From Aplysia californica (Eukaryota), in the NCBI RefSeq assembly GCF_000002075.1, contig NW_004797604.1, positions 389,341-453,340 on the forward strand: 64,000 bases of DNA. Reading direction: 5' to 3'. Of the stretch, positions 51,445 to 64,000 are shown piece by piece (within the stretch, counting starts at the first letter, position 1; each line of letters begins with the position of its first letter). The position numbers and the translations under genes are program-made. The notes below the pieces were generated by a model. It was not told the DNA's origin and searched no databases. It was given only the letters and a program-made list of their open reading frames with translations.

Positions 51445-54400
51445 ATGGTATCGTTAACTTGTGCTGGTAAAGGCCCAGCCTTTGCCTTTCTAGTTTCAGC
51501 TTGTTTTCTTTCGTTGTTTAACGATGTCAACGGTTACGAGCCTAACTGGAAGTCGATAGATTCAAGGCCTCTGCCTGGTTGGTACGATGATGTCAAATTG
51601 GGTATCTTCGTCCACTGGGGAGTTTTTTCAGTCCCCAGTTTCTCTTCGGAGTGGTTCTGGTATAACTGGAAAGTCAGAGAATATCCGCCAATTATTGAAT
51701 TCATGGAGAAGAATTACAAGCTAGACTTTACGTACGCAGACTTTGGCAAGGAATTTACTGCTGAGTTTTTTGACGAGAAGAAATGGGCAGATCTGTTCGG
51801 GAAATCTGGTGCAAAGTAAATGTTAAAAAAAAAAACCCACCCTACTTTTTATATTATTATTAGCGTACGAGCAATTGGGTTAGGCTTAATGTGATGGTAT
51901 GCACAATGCATGCCCGTAAGGGCATACAAAAGTCTGTATCCTGACTATGAATACATTTTCTTAAAATGAAAGAAAAAATGGTTAATCTGATTTCTGTCTT
52001 TTCTGTCATTCTGATCTCAAACAAAAATATCTTTTCGATGCTGTTATAGTATAAACAAGACAGACTACTTAGAAGACGCCTGTACCACCCCTCGGGACTA
52101 TAAATTGGCTCTGTTGACGAAAATATGATCACAATAATGCTCCGACGTGCAGAACGGTGAAGGAAACAGACAGCAGAACAGTGTGGCTATAAACTTCTTC
52201 TACACACATCCCACTGCATATTTATTGTACATTCTGACATTTTTCCAAATCTGAGAAAAAATATTAAAGGACCGCGTTTCCACAGCGACGAAGATGCAGC
52301 AGTTGCAGCTTTCTACATTTTTGTTCTATTGACCTTTAGGGAAAGATTCAGTACCTTGATTTCAAACTTTCAGTAAATAAAACAAAATGAACAGAACACT
52401 TCTGAAAGGGCACATTTCCGAGTTTTGTTCGATTTCCCTGTAGATTATTCTTTAGTGACCTTTCTATGAATCAGGCAGCTGCCTTATTGCCATTTCGCTG
52501 GTTTTGAGACTTCTTAATCTCGAGGATAAAATGATCTATCTTTCACTTTCACAAATTACTTTCCTGGCTTAAGTAATTGCAACTGGGAACCGAAAATTGA
52601 CACCTGGGACGTAGCTATGTCGTTTTTTCTGTAATAAAGTGACTTCAGTCTATACGTTTCGATGTCCCTGTCAAACAACAGAGGTGGGTGGTTGGCACTT
52701 GCTCTGGTATGATCTGGTCCTTCTTTCTTGTTAAACTTCTATGGTCCTTATCTCTCGTCCTTCATATTGTGTTTGCTACTCTCTTGTAACATCTCTAATT
52801 TACAGCACTTAAAATATGACCTTATTGTGTTGCAAGTGCCTTAAAACACTTACTCCCCCCGAACCCCCCCAACCCCCCCCCCCAACAACAAAAAAAAAAG
52901 CAAAAACAAAACCTAACAGTTGTAATAGTGCTTTGAAACCTTAGTTTATGTTTATGATTCCGAAATGTGACGGAGAAGTGTATACATATCATCGCACTTC
53001 ACAAAGAAACAAAATAACGCATTACGAGTATCACAAAATTATGATGGGTTTTAAAGTATTCTTTTTTTTACTATAATGAATGAATGCCACCTTCTAAAAG
53101 TAGTATTTTTCCCTTTCAGGTATGTGGTCTTCGTAAGCAAGCATCATGAAGGATACACAAACTGGCCGTCCAAATATTCCTTCAGCTGGAACTCGATGGC
53201 CGTTGGGCCTAACAGAGACATTGTCGGTAAGGTGGCGTCGGTGGTCAAGCGGTTAGGCTACCGGGCTCGTTATCGGGAGGTTGCGGGTTTGGGGGTTCGA
53301 GCATGAGTCCAGAAGCTGTGTCCTTTGGACAGGCACTTGACTCGAATTTTCCTCATTTCACCCCGGTGTGAATGGGTACCCGGCCATAGACAGAGAAAGA
53401 TCTTGTCAGTACGTTGGGGTTTTAGCGCTTATAGAATTTCAGATTGCATTGTATGCCTACCTGGAAGTTGAGATTGTTTCAGAATGCTGTAAATAAGGTC
53501 CACCGGGGTAATACTATAGAATGTAAAGCTTATAGAGCTTGCTGCGGGACACTATACGCTTATTATTATCATTATCATTATCTTCATGATAATAATATCA
53601 ATTAATTTATGCTTGTTTATTAGGTACATAATCTAGATTTGGGATGGTTTGTTATGGATATTACAATGATATGGATACGGAAACTGCAAGGTTATTAAGA
53701 AGGGTGAACTGAATCCTAAATTATTATGTGTCAGTGTTCGCTCTTAGAGATTGTCATCTATTTATAATCACTTTTGGAGTTTTTCCCCAGGTGAGCTCAT
53801 GAACGCTACACGAAGCCGGACTGACCTGAGGTTTGGCCTGTATCACTCAATGTATGAGTGGTTCCACCCTTTGTATCTGAAGGATAAGGAATCTGGATAT
53901 AAGACGCAAGATTTTGTCAATGTGAGTTTGGATTAATAGTCGCCACACAAAGTGATTTTTTCTCCGTAAAAATAATCAAACCATGTTTGAAAACACTGCC
54001 CGTTTTAGGAGAATTTGATTACCCCATCCCTTGTTTTATGTTTTAGTAAGAGTTTTACGGCACTTGCAACACAATAAGGTCATATAAGAGCCGAAGATTA
54101 GAGGTGTTACAAGAGAGTAACAAACACAAAAAAGAAGGAGGAGATATCAGGACGATAGATGTTTGATAGGAGAGAAGAAGCAAACCATACCAGAGTACCC
54201 TCCAACCACCCATTTCAAGTATCGTGACGGACAAACTATTCCATTGACCTCGTGTGTAAACAGCTGGAGTCTTGTCTAATGAGGCGGCCTAGTGTGTCCC
54301 TGTACCTAGAACTCATGTTGTAGTAAACGATGAGATTGACGCTGGAGTTGACGGAGTACAGGAAGTAGGACACTGCCCAACACACGCCGTACGCGTAACC

Positions 54401-57400
54401 ATAGCGACGCCCGTAATAAAATTCTGGCAGCAACAGGTTGGCGATAGGGGTGGCCTGAGCTGGTGCAAAGCAAACTATGAATACAGTGGACACGATGACC
54501 ACCATCTTGACCACTCGCTTCTCTCGACTGAGCGACGACTCGGCTGTATTCGCCAACGTCACAACGCGAGCTCTGTACGTGACCCTATTCCGCCATTTTG
54601 TTTCGTTTCTCAGGGCAAGTATCAGAGTTCCGGTACACAGAAGTAGACTGATAAAAGAGATAATCTGCAAGCTCGTACAGAGGATGTTGGACACGATAAA
54701 TCTCATTGGTCTTACATTGACGGCATGGACATACAGCATGTATCTTGGAATTATATTCGTGCAAGGGTCTCGCTGGCCCACGAAACTAACAAATGACAAT
54801 GCGGGAAAAACAGTTGCCATAGATACTGTAAAGATGGAGGCGATGATAAAGATAGACCGACCAGGCGTGATTATTTCTTTGACCTTGAAGGGTTGTGTTA
54901 TGCACAAACAGCGCTCCACTGAGGCGAAAACTGCCGTACAGCAGCTGTTTAGATTGAGGCCGTAGATGATCCAGGTACCTGAAGAAAACCAAAAACATTA
55001 AACATTGTTAACGCAGGGATTTAAAGAACTTAACAAGGGTGATTGGTGCTTTTCACGACCGAAGTCTTTTCGATGTGTAGGAATTTCGTTATGTATCTGT
55101 TTTAAAAGCATGATAAATTCTCTAATATGTATAAGATAAAGTTCGAGACCTGAAAATCTGTCACTACGTGAATATATTTTCGCTATATTATGAGTGTTCG
55201 CTATGTGTATGCCTTCTTGTTCTCAAAAGGGGGTAAGGGTGTCATAATTACTTTACAGCGGAAACGCTGGATTTTGTTTTCCTAAAATGTATAGAATTGT
55301 GTACAGGTTAACAGACGTAGCTAGATTTCTAATTTCATCGATTTTGAAATTCACATTTATTTGAAACGTTTGCTGATTGCTTAAACCATTTGAATAACAA
55401 AACAATTTGTTTAAATTTAAAAAATGAAAAGAGCAAATGCATGTACAAAAAAAGTCCCCCCCACCCAAAAAACATAAGCTACCAAACCAAAAATAAAACC
55501 ACTTCAGCAATACACCCCCCCCCTTTCAGCAATCTAGCTTGAATAGATGTTTGCCATTAAAATAAAGGAGGTAGTGGTCGCCGGCATCAACGATGAAATT
55601 CGCCCAAAAATTGTGGCAAAAGTTAGGTGACTTTCAAGGCTTGCGTTTCTTTGGAAACTGGAAATCTACATATTATTTTGGTGCCTTTGTCCAACGTATT
55701 TCAGTAAAAATCCACCCAAAAAATGAATTTTTAAAAAGGACAGTATAAAAGGTGTTGGGAAAAAATATCAGTTTTACTTACAAGTATACCAAACCTGTGG
55801 CGGTGCGCGTAGATAGCCCAGTTCCATGTCTGATATGATTAAAGAGTAGACGATCAATAACATAAGATTTAGCATATCGGAGATTGCCAGTGAAAAGAGA
55901 GAGACGTTGACACTTTTCCGGAAACCTTGACGCCAAAATACAGCCAGGTTGATCGCATTGGCGCCAAGACCTGCCACACACACGGGAACAGCCATCAAAA
56001 GTATGAGGACACGGGTCATGTTTGGGCTTGGCAGAAGATCAGTTTTTTCAAAGACAATTGCCCCAGTTTTATCTCCAGGTAGTGTTAGGGAGGAGTGGTT
56101 TTGCAAGTCCATATCGGAGGACGAGTTTTGAAGTAACTCTGTATGGCACATTTCGCTGCCAGTTCCCATTCCTTTCACAAGGAGGCCTTCTCATTCTTGG
56201 AGGGAGTCATCGACACAGTTATGATTGTTTGCCTGCCACCGTTATAAAATAAGTCTTTGGCCGTGTACGTCGTTGTATTTATTTTCAATGTGTCTACTGT
56301 TTGAAGAGTGACGAGGGCACCAGAGGCATTGATAGCGCAGATTATACTATAGTTGTTGCCCTTCGACAAGAATTGAGCATTTTTTTCTTTTAAAAATAAA
56401 GGACTAATCGTTGAGTCTTTATTTCATTTTCCTTCAGTCTACAACATTTTCCCTTATAGTGAAATTCAAACAAGTTCTAGAACACTTTTACTCTATTATT
56501 AATCTATTGCAAAAGAAAACGGAGAGGTAAAGACTTTATGGCAAATATTAACCTCAGAATTTTCTCGAAATCGCACGTTTTCTCAAGGGAGATACAAAAA
56601 CCACAATGTGTTTATGTAGATCTATGGTAATTGTCGAGTGTAGGGCGGTAAGCGGCGAGTAAATATAACTGAGGCGACGTGTGTAACTTATGTTGACACA
56701 GGTTGGAAAACCAAAGTGAGCACCTGTCAGTCAGCGAATTATCCACTCTGCGCGACATTGTAACGTATGTAGAACGTGTCCTTCTGATGTTCGGGGTAAA
56801 CAAGAAGTATGATGTTGTCCACATACCCATACACAATTATATGTAAAAACTTAATATTCTATAGGCCTTTATCTTCTTTCTTTATAGGCGTTGCCCATCT
56901 CACCACAGGATGCAGCATCCAACAACGGCTTCCACTCCGTTATATCTGCCGCTCTCCATGTCTAGGTTGAGTTTGTCCAAGTTTCATCTAACAGAAGCTT
57001 CAGATGGCCACATTTCTTCACTAATCCTTCCAACTCTATGTCTGCATGATTAATCTTACACAGTGCTAGGCATTTTTTCTCAATGCCAGAGAGTGACAGG
57101 TTTTTTAAATGGTGAAACAAGAAGAATATAGAATAGAACAATAGAAGAGTATGCTGTTCCTCTGCTTGTTAGTTCTGCAATGAGGGTGTCAATAATCGGC
57201 AAAAAAAGACTAAATGTTGAATTTTCCTCTCACATTGGGAAGCACTTCTTCCCCCGATGTCGTCTTGTAACATTCTTACTGCTTCTGGTCTTCCACCCGA
57301 TCGCTTTCCCGTTTTTAGTCTCAATCCGGTGCGTCTTTCTGTCCACTCGTTATAGTTTACTCTACCCATGTTGCAAGCCCATTTATAATTTTTTTCGGAG

Positions 57401-60400
57401 TGTAAATTTTGTGATGTTTGTCACTCCTGTTTTCTTTCGTATTTTGTGTGCTTTATTTAATCTTATGCCCAGCATCTTCCTTTCCATTGCTCTTTGTATT
57501 GTCCTTACTTTCTTTATAATATTTCGGGAAAATGACCAAGTTGGACATCCATAGCTTATTGCTGGTACAAGGCACTGATTGGAAACTTGAATTCTCTGTG
57601 ATCTCGGGAGATTTTGATCTGTAAATATTTCTCTGTATCTTCCATAGGAGCTCCAAGCCGTGTGTATCCTTCTGTCCACTACAGTTTTTGCTCTCTCTTT
57701 CATACTTATTGTTTGACCTGGGTATTTGTATTCTGTCAATTTTTCAACATTCTTGTTTATAAATAATTAAGAAAAAACCACAAAAAACCAAACCAAAACA
57801 AAAACAAAAACAAAAAAACAAAAAACAACAACCCCCCAACAACCCCCCGCCCCTACACAAAACAAAACAAAACAAAAACCAACGACAAGAACCAACCCGT
57901 GAATCTGACTTCAAAATCAAGAGGCAGACCAAGAAGGACCTGGCTTGAAAACCCCATCCCTCAAAAGCCAAACCAAACCAAAACAAACAAAAACACCCCC
58001 CAAAAAAAAACAAAAAACAAAACATCAACAACCCTCCCCTCCCCCCCCCCACAACAAAAAAATATAAAAAACAACAAAAAACAGCAACCCAAAAACAAAT
58101 ACAAAAACACAGAGGTATTGAGAAAACTTTACGTTGTGGATTAAAAAAAAAATTAAAAACATGCTTTTCAGCTAAAAACATTGCCCGAATTGTATGAGAT
58201 TGTGGAGACCTACAAGCCTGAGGTGGTGTGGTCTGATGGGGACTGGGAAGCTCCGGATGTGTACTGGAAATCTCAGGAGTTCCTGGCTTGGCTCTACACC
58301 AATAGGTAGGCAGGACTCCTCACAGAACATAACGTTTTAACTCTTTGAATGTGAAGAGGACGCATACGTCTGATCAGCAGCAGATTAAAGATAATGTTGT
58401 GTTGCATTTCGAAGCTTCAGTAACGAATAAAAACAACATGAATTTCTTTGTTTGCAAGTTGATGCTTGCCATTAAAAAACAGAAATGAAAAATCTGAAAT
58501 GGTAACTAAGGTATTGTGCTTCTTTTTTAAAGTGCCCAAAAATGCGTGTCCTAAATGAGTCATCTCTTCACTGCCGTCTAGACGTAATTATTTGCTGATG
58601 GTTAATTGCTGTTGTTTTCGATAGTCATATAGAGGAACGTTTAGGAGATGTAAATCTACATGTTATTTGCGCGTGTGCAGTTGCTTTTTCTTACATAGGG
58701 CACTATGGCTTTGTTTGAATCTCTCTTGAATGATATTTATTTTGTCCGTTAAAAAACGTAAGATAGACGTCTCTGTTATGAAGGGGTTAACAGCACACAT
58801 GGATATAGTCAGCCTTTTGGGTTCAGGCTCAGAACGCTTGAGCTTGATTTCCATGAGGGATTCATCAATCTGCGTATAGCATCCCTCCTCATTCATGTTT
58901 TTCCCGCTTAGAAGGCATGGTCATAGAAGCTCTCTTTTTAAAGAGCTGCAACTTTTGAAGATTGATCAGAGACAATTTGTATCTTATAATATTGTATCAA
59001 TCTAATGAAGTCTTTGCATGGATTGAAAATTGCTGTTCGAAAAATGGTAGTTTGGGCCTCTCCACTGTATCGTTGCAAAACTTATAAACTAAGATGAAAA
59101 TCTAATTCTATTGTAAATGCCTGGGTTCATATAGTGCTGGAAAGAATCAAGACAAATAGATAGAAACAACATACGGAAAAAAATTGAAGTAAGACGCACC
59201 AGTGACGCCCTCCAAGTGTCCACGATATTGTCTGTTGGCGCAGACTGGGAGTTTGTTTTCTTCAGAAGTTAGTTAGTCTATCCGACTTTAGGATATTTTA
59301 CAGATTCACCGCGTTTGAATCACCGTATAATCAATGAACAAAAGCACTTTCCTCGGCTCAGCTAATCTTCTCCGAATAGATGTAGGAAAATTATTTTATC
59401 CTGAATCCATGGAGGTGTTATCTCTGAATCAGAGGTTGACGTGTAATGACCCCCCACCCCCCTGTGCTCATGGACACCAGATGCCCATTATAGCTTGCTC
59501 ACTTTCGATTGTTCGCGTTAAAAAAGTTCTAACTCATTTATTAAATTACTTATGTCCACAAAACTGCGCATGGCACTTCTGCAGGTCAGCAACAAAACAA
59601 AAATATATATTAAAAAAATCTTGGCCCAGTAATAACAAAGGTTTTATCTTTGGGCCCTATATTTAAAACGGCTTTTTGGATGCTTACACGAGATCACTAA
59701 TATAAATGCACTCTGCCCCCATATTTTAGCGTGAGCTTGTAGGTTTCATCCACAGGCTGTCTTGTCGTATCCACGTGCTCCACGTGAGTCTCGAAAATTA
59801 GTCATCCCGTCCCTTGAATCGTGTTTCTTTGCCGAACGTTGAAGTGTGGTGTTTGAGGAAAATAATAAGTCAACTTTTAAATGTTAATATTTCAGATGTA
59901 TGCCACTGATCCCCTATTATTGGAAGGGGAGGATTGCATTATCTATAAGGATGGAACAAATAATTTACAGTTCGAAAGATTCAATCGGAGATCTTACTAT
60001 TAATATTACCTAACAACTTTGGACACCTTTATCATCATCTTTTTCATATCAGATCAGTGACCTTGACGTACCCCACAACAGTACACCACCTGAAAAGCTG
60101 AGCCATACCAAATGAGGCCTGAAACATTTACAACAATGACAGAGGTCCTTCAGGTTTTCATGAATGCCTCAAGGAGTAGTGGGTTATCACAACTATTCTA
60201 CAAGAACTTCTTAGAAGAGAGGAAAGCCGAAAGGATTAATCGGAAGGGCTTTCTTTTTTAAAAACGATTGTATAATTAACTGTAAACTGGTCCTAAGTTC
60301 GTGATAAACAGTGTCTAAGGAGATATCTTGAATTTTTAGACCCGTTCTTGGCTATTGTAAGAGCCCTCTGATGTACCAAACTATATACTAAGCATAATGA

Positions 60401-62561
60401 TTATTGTTTTGTACATGCTCTTGCTTTTTTGGCCTGTTCTGAGCTGTGCTAAGAGCCATCTGCCGTATCAAACTATATACTCAACATGATATTATGCTTT
60501 GTACAAGCTCAGAGTTTGACTTCAAGCAAAAAAGGTATATACTGATAAATAAAAGATAAACGCTTTTCTTTGATGACGTTTAATCTGCTATTGATAACCT
60601 GAAGAAACGACCTTGGAATACACTTTTTAAAAGTTCGATAAGCCTGCATAGTTTTGTGATTTTCTTGTTTGTAACTGGGTTTAGGAAGAGTACGCCCTAT
60701 TATTAATGCTTGCAGCAACGAACATTTCTGATTCTAAAACTGTTCGCAGTCTTCTTCAATGATCTTTCCCTTATCGTTCTTTCTGTCTAACGAGATGTAC
60801 ATTTAGCATTGAGCAACAGCAAATTCTATTCAGTTATTGCAACTATGATCTGAATATTCTCTAATTAAGTTAGTCTTACCGCTTCTCCACTTGCCTACTT
60901 TGATTTATGAATGACTACGATGAGGATGGACGTCTTACTAGGTCATTCGTTACCCTTTCTATGCTGAGCCGTTTCCATTTACAGTCACCTCATTGTGCAG
61001 TCGAGGTATTTTTCCACCAGAGATTCAAATAAAGCCAATATAATTATGTTTCCCGTTTAAAAAAAAATAGGCAACTGCACAAGTTGGTGGGTGTTTGACA
61101 GGTGCTCTGGTGTGGTTTGCTCATTCTTTCCTATGAAACATCAATCGCTCGTATCTCTCCTCGATCTTTGTTATGTTTGAAAATATATTGAGATACTTCT
61201 AATCTGCTGCACTTATAATTATATGACCTTATTGTTTTGAAAGTGTCGCAAAATAAGAACAACAGATGTCTGCAAATACGATACTTCTGACAATCCACTA
61301 GATCTACAAACTAAGAGGTGGAATGAAAGTGAACTGGCTTGGAAGAACCCATGTGAATATTATACGTCTACTTAGAAGTGAAAGGGTTAAACCCGTTTGT
61401 TTAGTAAGTTTTCAAAGTTCTCAAACCACTTGTCTCGGTCCTGTGCGCCGTGGTAAACAGCGGCAAAACGTTGAAAGAGCCTGCAAACTTATACCACGCC
61501 ATATGTAATAATTTATTTATTATGTGAACCATAATGTGTGACACACATATCATATTGCAATTAAAAAGGATATACAACATTTTGGGCTCAGTACTTTTTA
61601 ATAGCTTGCCGTCAATTTCCCTTTGTGCCAACCCCCCCCCCCGCTCTCCCCCAGTTCGGTGAAGGACACGGTTGTTGTGAACGACCGGTGGGGAACGAAC
61701 GTGAGCTGTCATCACGGAGGCTTCTACACGTGCGGGGACCGCTTCAACCCAGGTCAGTTGAAAAAATACTATGAAATAACAAAACCCAACTCATTTTTAA
61801 AAATGTGTAAAAAATATAATTGTTTTATGCCCAATCGACACAAATCGTTTAGTAGGTGCGATTCTAATAGGGGGTGCACACTACGGCTGGGATCGGCCGA
61901 TCGGGCCCATCGCCCGACTCGATCTCCTCAAAAACAAACGTTTTCATTTTCGGGCGATCGAGTCAGGCGATCGGCCCGATCCAGCCGTAGTGGGCACCCC
62001 GTATAACCCTCCCTGTGGGGGCTAACCCGGTCTGAGAGGGATACAATGGTTTTTTTTATAGCAGAAAGACCGATGTGCTCGATTACACAAAAAAATGTTT
62101 CCACCAGGGAATCAAACTCACGTTTCCTGCATGCGACAATTAAGCGCTTTACCGCTATACCAGAGACACCTGTTGATTGATAAATGTAATAAATAGATGA
62201 CTGGCACGAAAATGTAGCCAGCTTTTTAAAAAACAACAGCGTCAAAATAAAAACTTATGGAATTGATCCTGAAGATGTGGTCTTAATCGACACCGAACTA
62301 GTTTGATTATCTACAACGGGATAATGTTGGTAAAGCAATTGTTCTCTTTGCACTGTTTCCTGAACTTCTATTTTTGTCAAACTGATTGTCTTATCAATGT
62401 GTTTTGATCACCATCTATATACACACAGGTGTCCTTCAGACACATAAATGGGAAAATGCAATGACCATCGACAAATACTCATGGGGCTACCGACGTGATG
62501 CTGCGCTGGACAGTTATTTGAGCATTGAGGAATTGCTGCAGACATTCATCATTACTATCAG
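51445..62561 (+). CDS. FUCA: Alpha-L-fucosidase (GH29), tandem copy 4, canonical active site; exons 1-6 only (3' partial)
   Basis: Exons 51445-51815, 53120-53226, 53791-53921, 58172-58305, 61655-61752, 62429-62561. KHHEG, YHSM, WSDG, NDRW and CGD are intact. Exons 7-8 were not found before 64000 and are presumed to lie beyond the window. Confidence 0.93.
53231..53580 (+). mobile_element. tRNA-derived CORE-like SINE immediately after the exon 2 donor of copy 4
   Basis: GGTGGCGTCGGTGGTCAAGCGG head, GGTTCGA B box, TGTGTCCTTTGGACAGGCACTT, CCCCGGTGTGAATGGGTACC, (TTA/TCA)n tail. Confidence 0.75.
54040..54215 (-). mobile_element. Short interspersed repeat family C (shares 3' tail with SINE A); other copies near 20345-20450, 38833-38940, 52683-52855, 61085-61255, 62570-62740, 63255-63425
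   Basis: Recurring GGGTGGTT..GCTCTGGTrTGGTTTGCTCC..CTTGTAACAyCTCTAAT..TATGACCTTATTG..CGTAAAA pattern. Confidence 0.65.
54236..56169 (-). CDS. Rhodopsin-class 7TM GPCR, gastropod chemosensory-receptor-like / FMRFamide-receptor-like; 2 exons, 376 aa; nested antisense in intron 3 of fucosidase copy 4
   Basis: Exon 1 is 56169-55782 (ATG with an upstream in-frame TGA; donor GTAAGT). Exon 2 is 54978-54236 (acceptor TTTTCTTCAG). The phases join in frame (..VWYT-C-TWIIYG..). TM1 [14 protein letters not shown]2 [11 protein letters not shown]3 [17 protein letters not shown]6 [23 protein letters not shown]7 [18 protein letters not shown]-terminal sequons NSS, NHS, NMT. Confidence 0.9.
57150..57745 (-). 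mobile_element. RTE-clade LINE ORF2 C-terminal relic upstream of the nested GPCR
   Basis: [50 protein letters not shown] second LINE 3' fragment lies near 56870-57100. Confidence 0.8.
61868..62003. mobile_element. Second copy of the Harbinger-like MITE, opposite orientation, TAA TSD
   Basis: Same TIR with two mismatches; TAA at 61865-61867 and 62004-62006. Confidence 0.85.
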
Positions 62562-64000
62562 GTAAGGTTTTGGTTTAGTTTTAGTAAGAGTACACAGTTA
62601 AGTCATATACGTGCTGAAGATCAAAGGTGTTTCAAAATAGTTTTAAAAAATAAAAAGAGGAAGAAAGATAAGGAGAATAAATATATTTTTTGATAGAAAA
62701 GAAGAAGCAAACCCCAACAGAGCACCCACGAGCCGTCCATTATTAGGTGAGGGTCAATAGAGTTTTAGTGTCTAGCAAGATACAACTCTCTATGTACCCC
62801 AAGATAACGAAATGGTAAGTTTGAGTGATCAAGATTAAAGTTGGTGAAGGTAGGAAACGGGGGGGGGGGGGTCTGTGGTCTGTGGAGTCTCCCAGACTAG
62901 TTTGTTGTAAACTGGTACACTAACTGCAGTAAAGAAGTTCCCTGTTCAAATGACAAGTTCGTCAATTTCTAAAAAGAAGTGTTCAATTGTTCAATAATTG
63001 TTCAAACGTCATCGTCGTTTTGTTTTGATAGAATGGACTGTGCTTGTGAGGAAGGTTTGAAATACTAAAATGTACTTTGTAATGGTGACTAAGACAGCTT
63101 CTTGTCAGAACTTCAAATAGACTTCTGGCTACATTAATTAGGTCTTAAAACTCACTTGCACCTAATTTATTATGTTGACAAAATTACGGTTCAAATCTTT
63201 GTCCATCTGAAGGATGTTCAAGTCTTGAAATTCAGGTAGTGCAAATTATGCAATGTGTGTGGTTGGCGGGTGCTCCGGTGTGGTTTGCTCCTTCTTTCCT
63301 GTCAAACTTCAATCATCCTTATCTCTTCCCCTTCTTTTTGTGTTTGTTACTTTCTTGTAACACCTCTAATCTTCGGCACTTACATTACCCAAGTGGGTTT
63401 CAGGAGCCTTAAAACTCTTGCAAAAATAAACAACATTATGTAATGAAAGGAAGTTGAACCGGGGGATATAGATTGTCCACTGAGCCAACGGTAAGTGGGG
63501 CATATCCTCTATGATGGACTGACACTCTCTGGAGCAGGAGTTGTATCTTTTCTCTTTCCTCCATTATTACTTTGTCTTTAGTTAGAGATCACTTTTCTTT
63601 GTGTTTTTCTATTCCCCGAGGGTATTAATAAATGTCATAACCCCCGAAAGTATCACCCCCCCAAAATAAAAAAAAAATTTTTTAAAAATAAATCCTGGCA
63701 TCCCGAAATCAAAACAAAACAAAGCATACCCCATTGTGAGCTAAGACAAACTTGTCTCTAGAAAGCTGTTAGAAGTATTTGAATATACACACCAAATAAA
63801 CAGACATGGTTTCTGAGTTTTGATACCATTTTTAATGCTCTTACTATTGATGTAGATATTAAGTTGGTTTGTCAAGAGAATAATCGTAGCACAAAACATA
63901 ACACTTTCGATAAAATCACAACCCTAGAATGACAAAGCTATCAGCTCAGCACCTAGTATTGAGCAGCCTGACGTTGAAAATTTTGAGCTTCACACTTTGT

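Noticed and set aside
54477-54965. 162-aa plus-strand ORF
   Set aside because: It is the antisense shadow of GPCR exon 2 and has no recognisable motifs.
56170-56178. GPCR start at 56178
   Set aside because: This is a GTG codon; the first ATG is at 56169.
58337-61390. TTAA-CyCyTT ends at about 58337, 58790 and 61390 suggesting piggyBac-like elements
   Set aside because: The TIRs are too degenerate to pair confidently and no empty site is available.
62265-62302. CCTGAAGA..CGAACTAG resembling a Penelope-type minimal hammerhead
   Set aside because: The GAAA core is incomplete and the stems are not convincing by eye.
1-64000. CRISPR arrays, operons or horizontally acquired bacterial genes
   Set aside because: No repeat-spacer arrays were seen; the genes have spliceosomal introns and animal-type FUCA sequence.

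Overview
Eukaryotic, AT-rich, repeat-rich animal genomic DNA from a draft assembly with many N gaps. The GPCR type and SINE content suggest a mollusc, probably a gastropod (inference). The window holds a head-to-tail tandem array of four GH29 alpha-L-fucosidase genes on the + strand. Copies 1-3 are complete (8 coding exons with identical lengths 371/107/131/134/98/133/171/256 nt, 466 aa each); copy 4 runs off the window after exon 6. Copies 1 and 4 keep the canonical active-site motifs (KHHEG, YHS, WSDG). Copies 2 and 3 are intact and keep the catalytic aspartates but share remodelled fucose-pocket motifs (KHCEG, YHV, FSDG), which suggests altered specificity. All four copies have a CLEAR/M-box E-box about 55-65 bp upstream of the ATG. 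Intron 3 of copy 4 hosts an intact two-exon rhodopsin-class, chemoreceptor-like GPCR (376 aa) on the - strand that is absent from the other three copies. Comparing paralogs reveals a duplication breakpoint near the stop codon, probable gene-conversion tracts, a micro-inversion between inverted repeats, and several transposon insertions with target-site duplications (TTAA Kolobok-like MITE, Harbinger-like MITEs, tRNA-SINEs, RTE LINE relics). All exon boundaries, alignments and mismatch counts were derived by eye.
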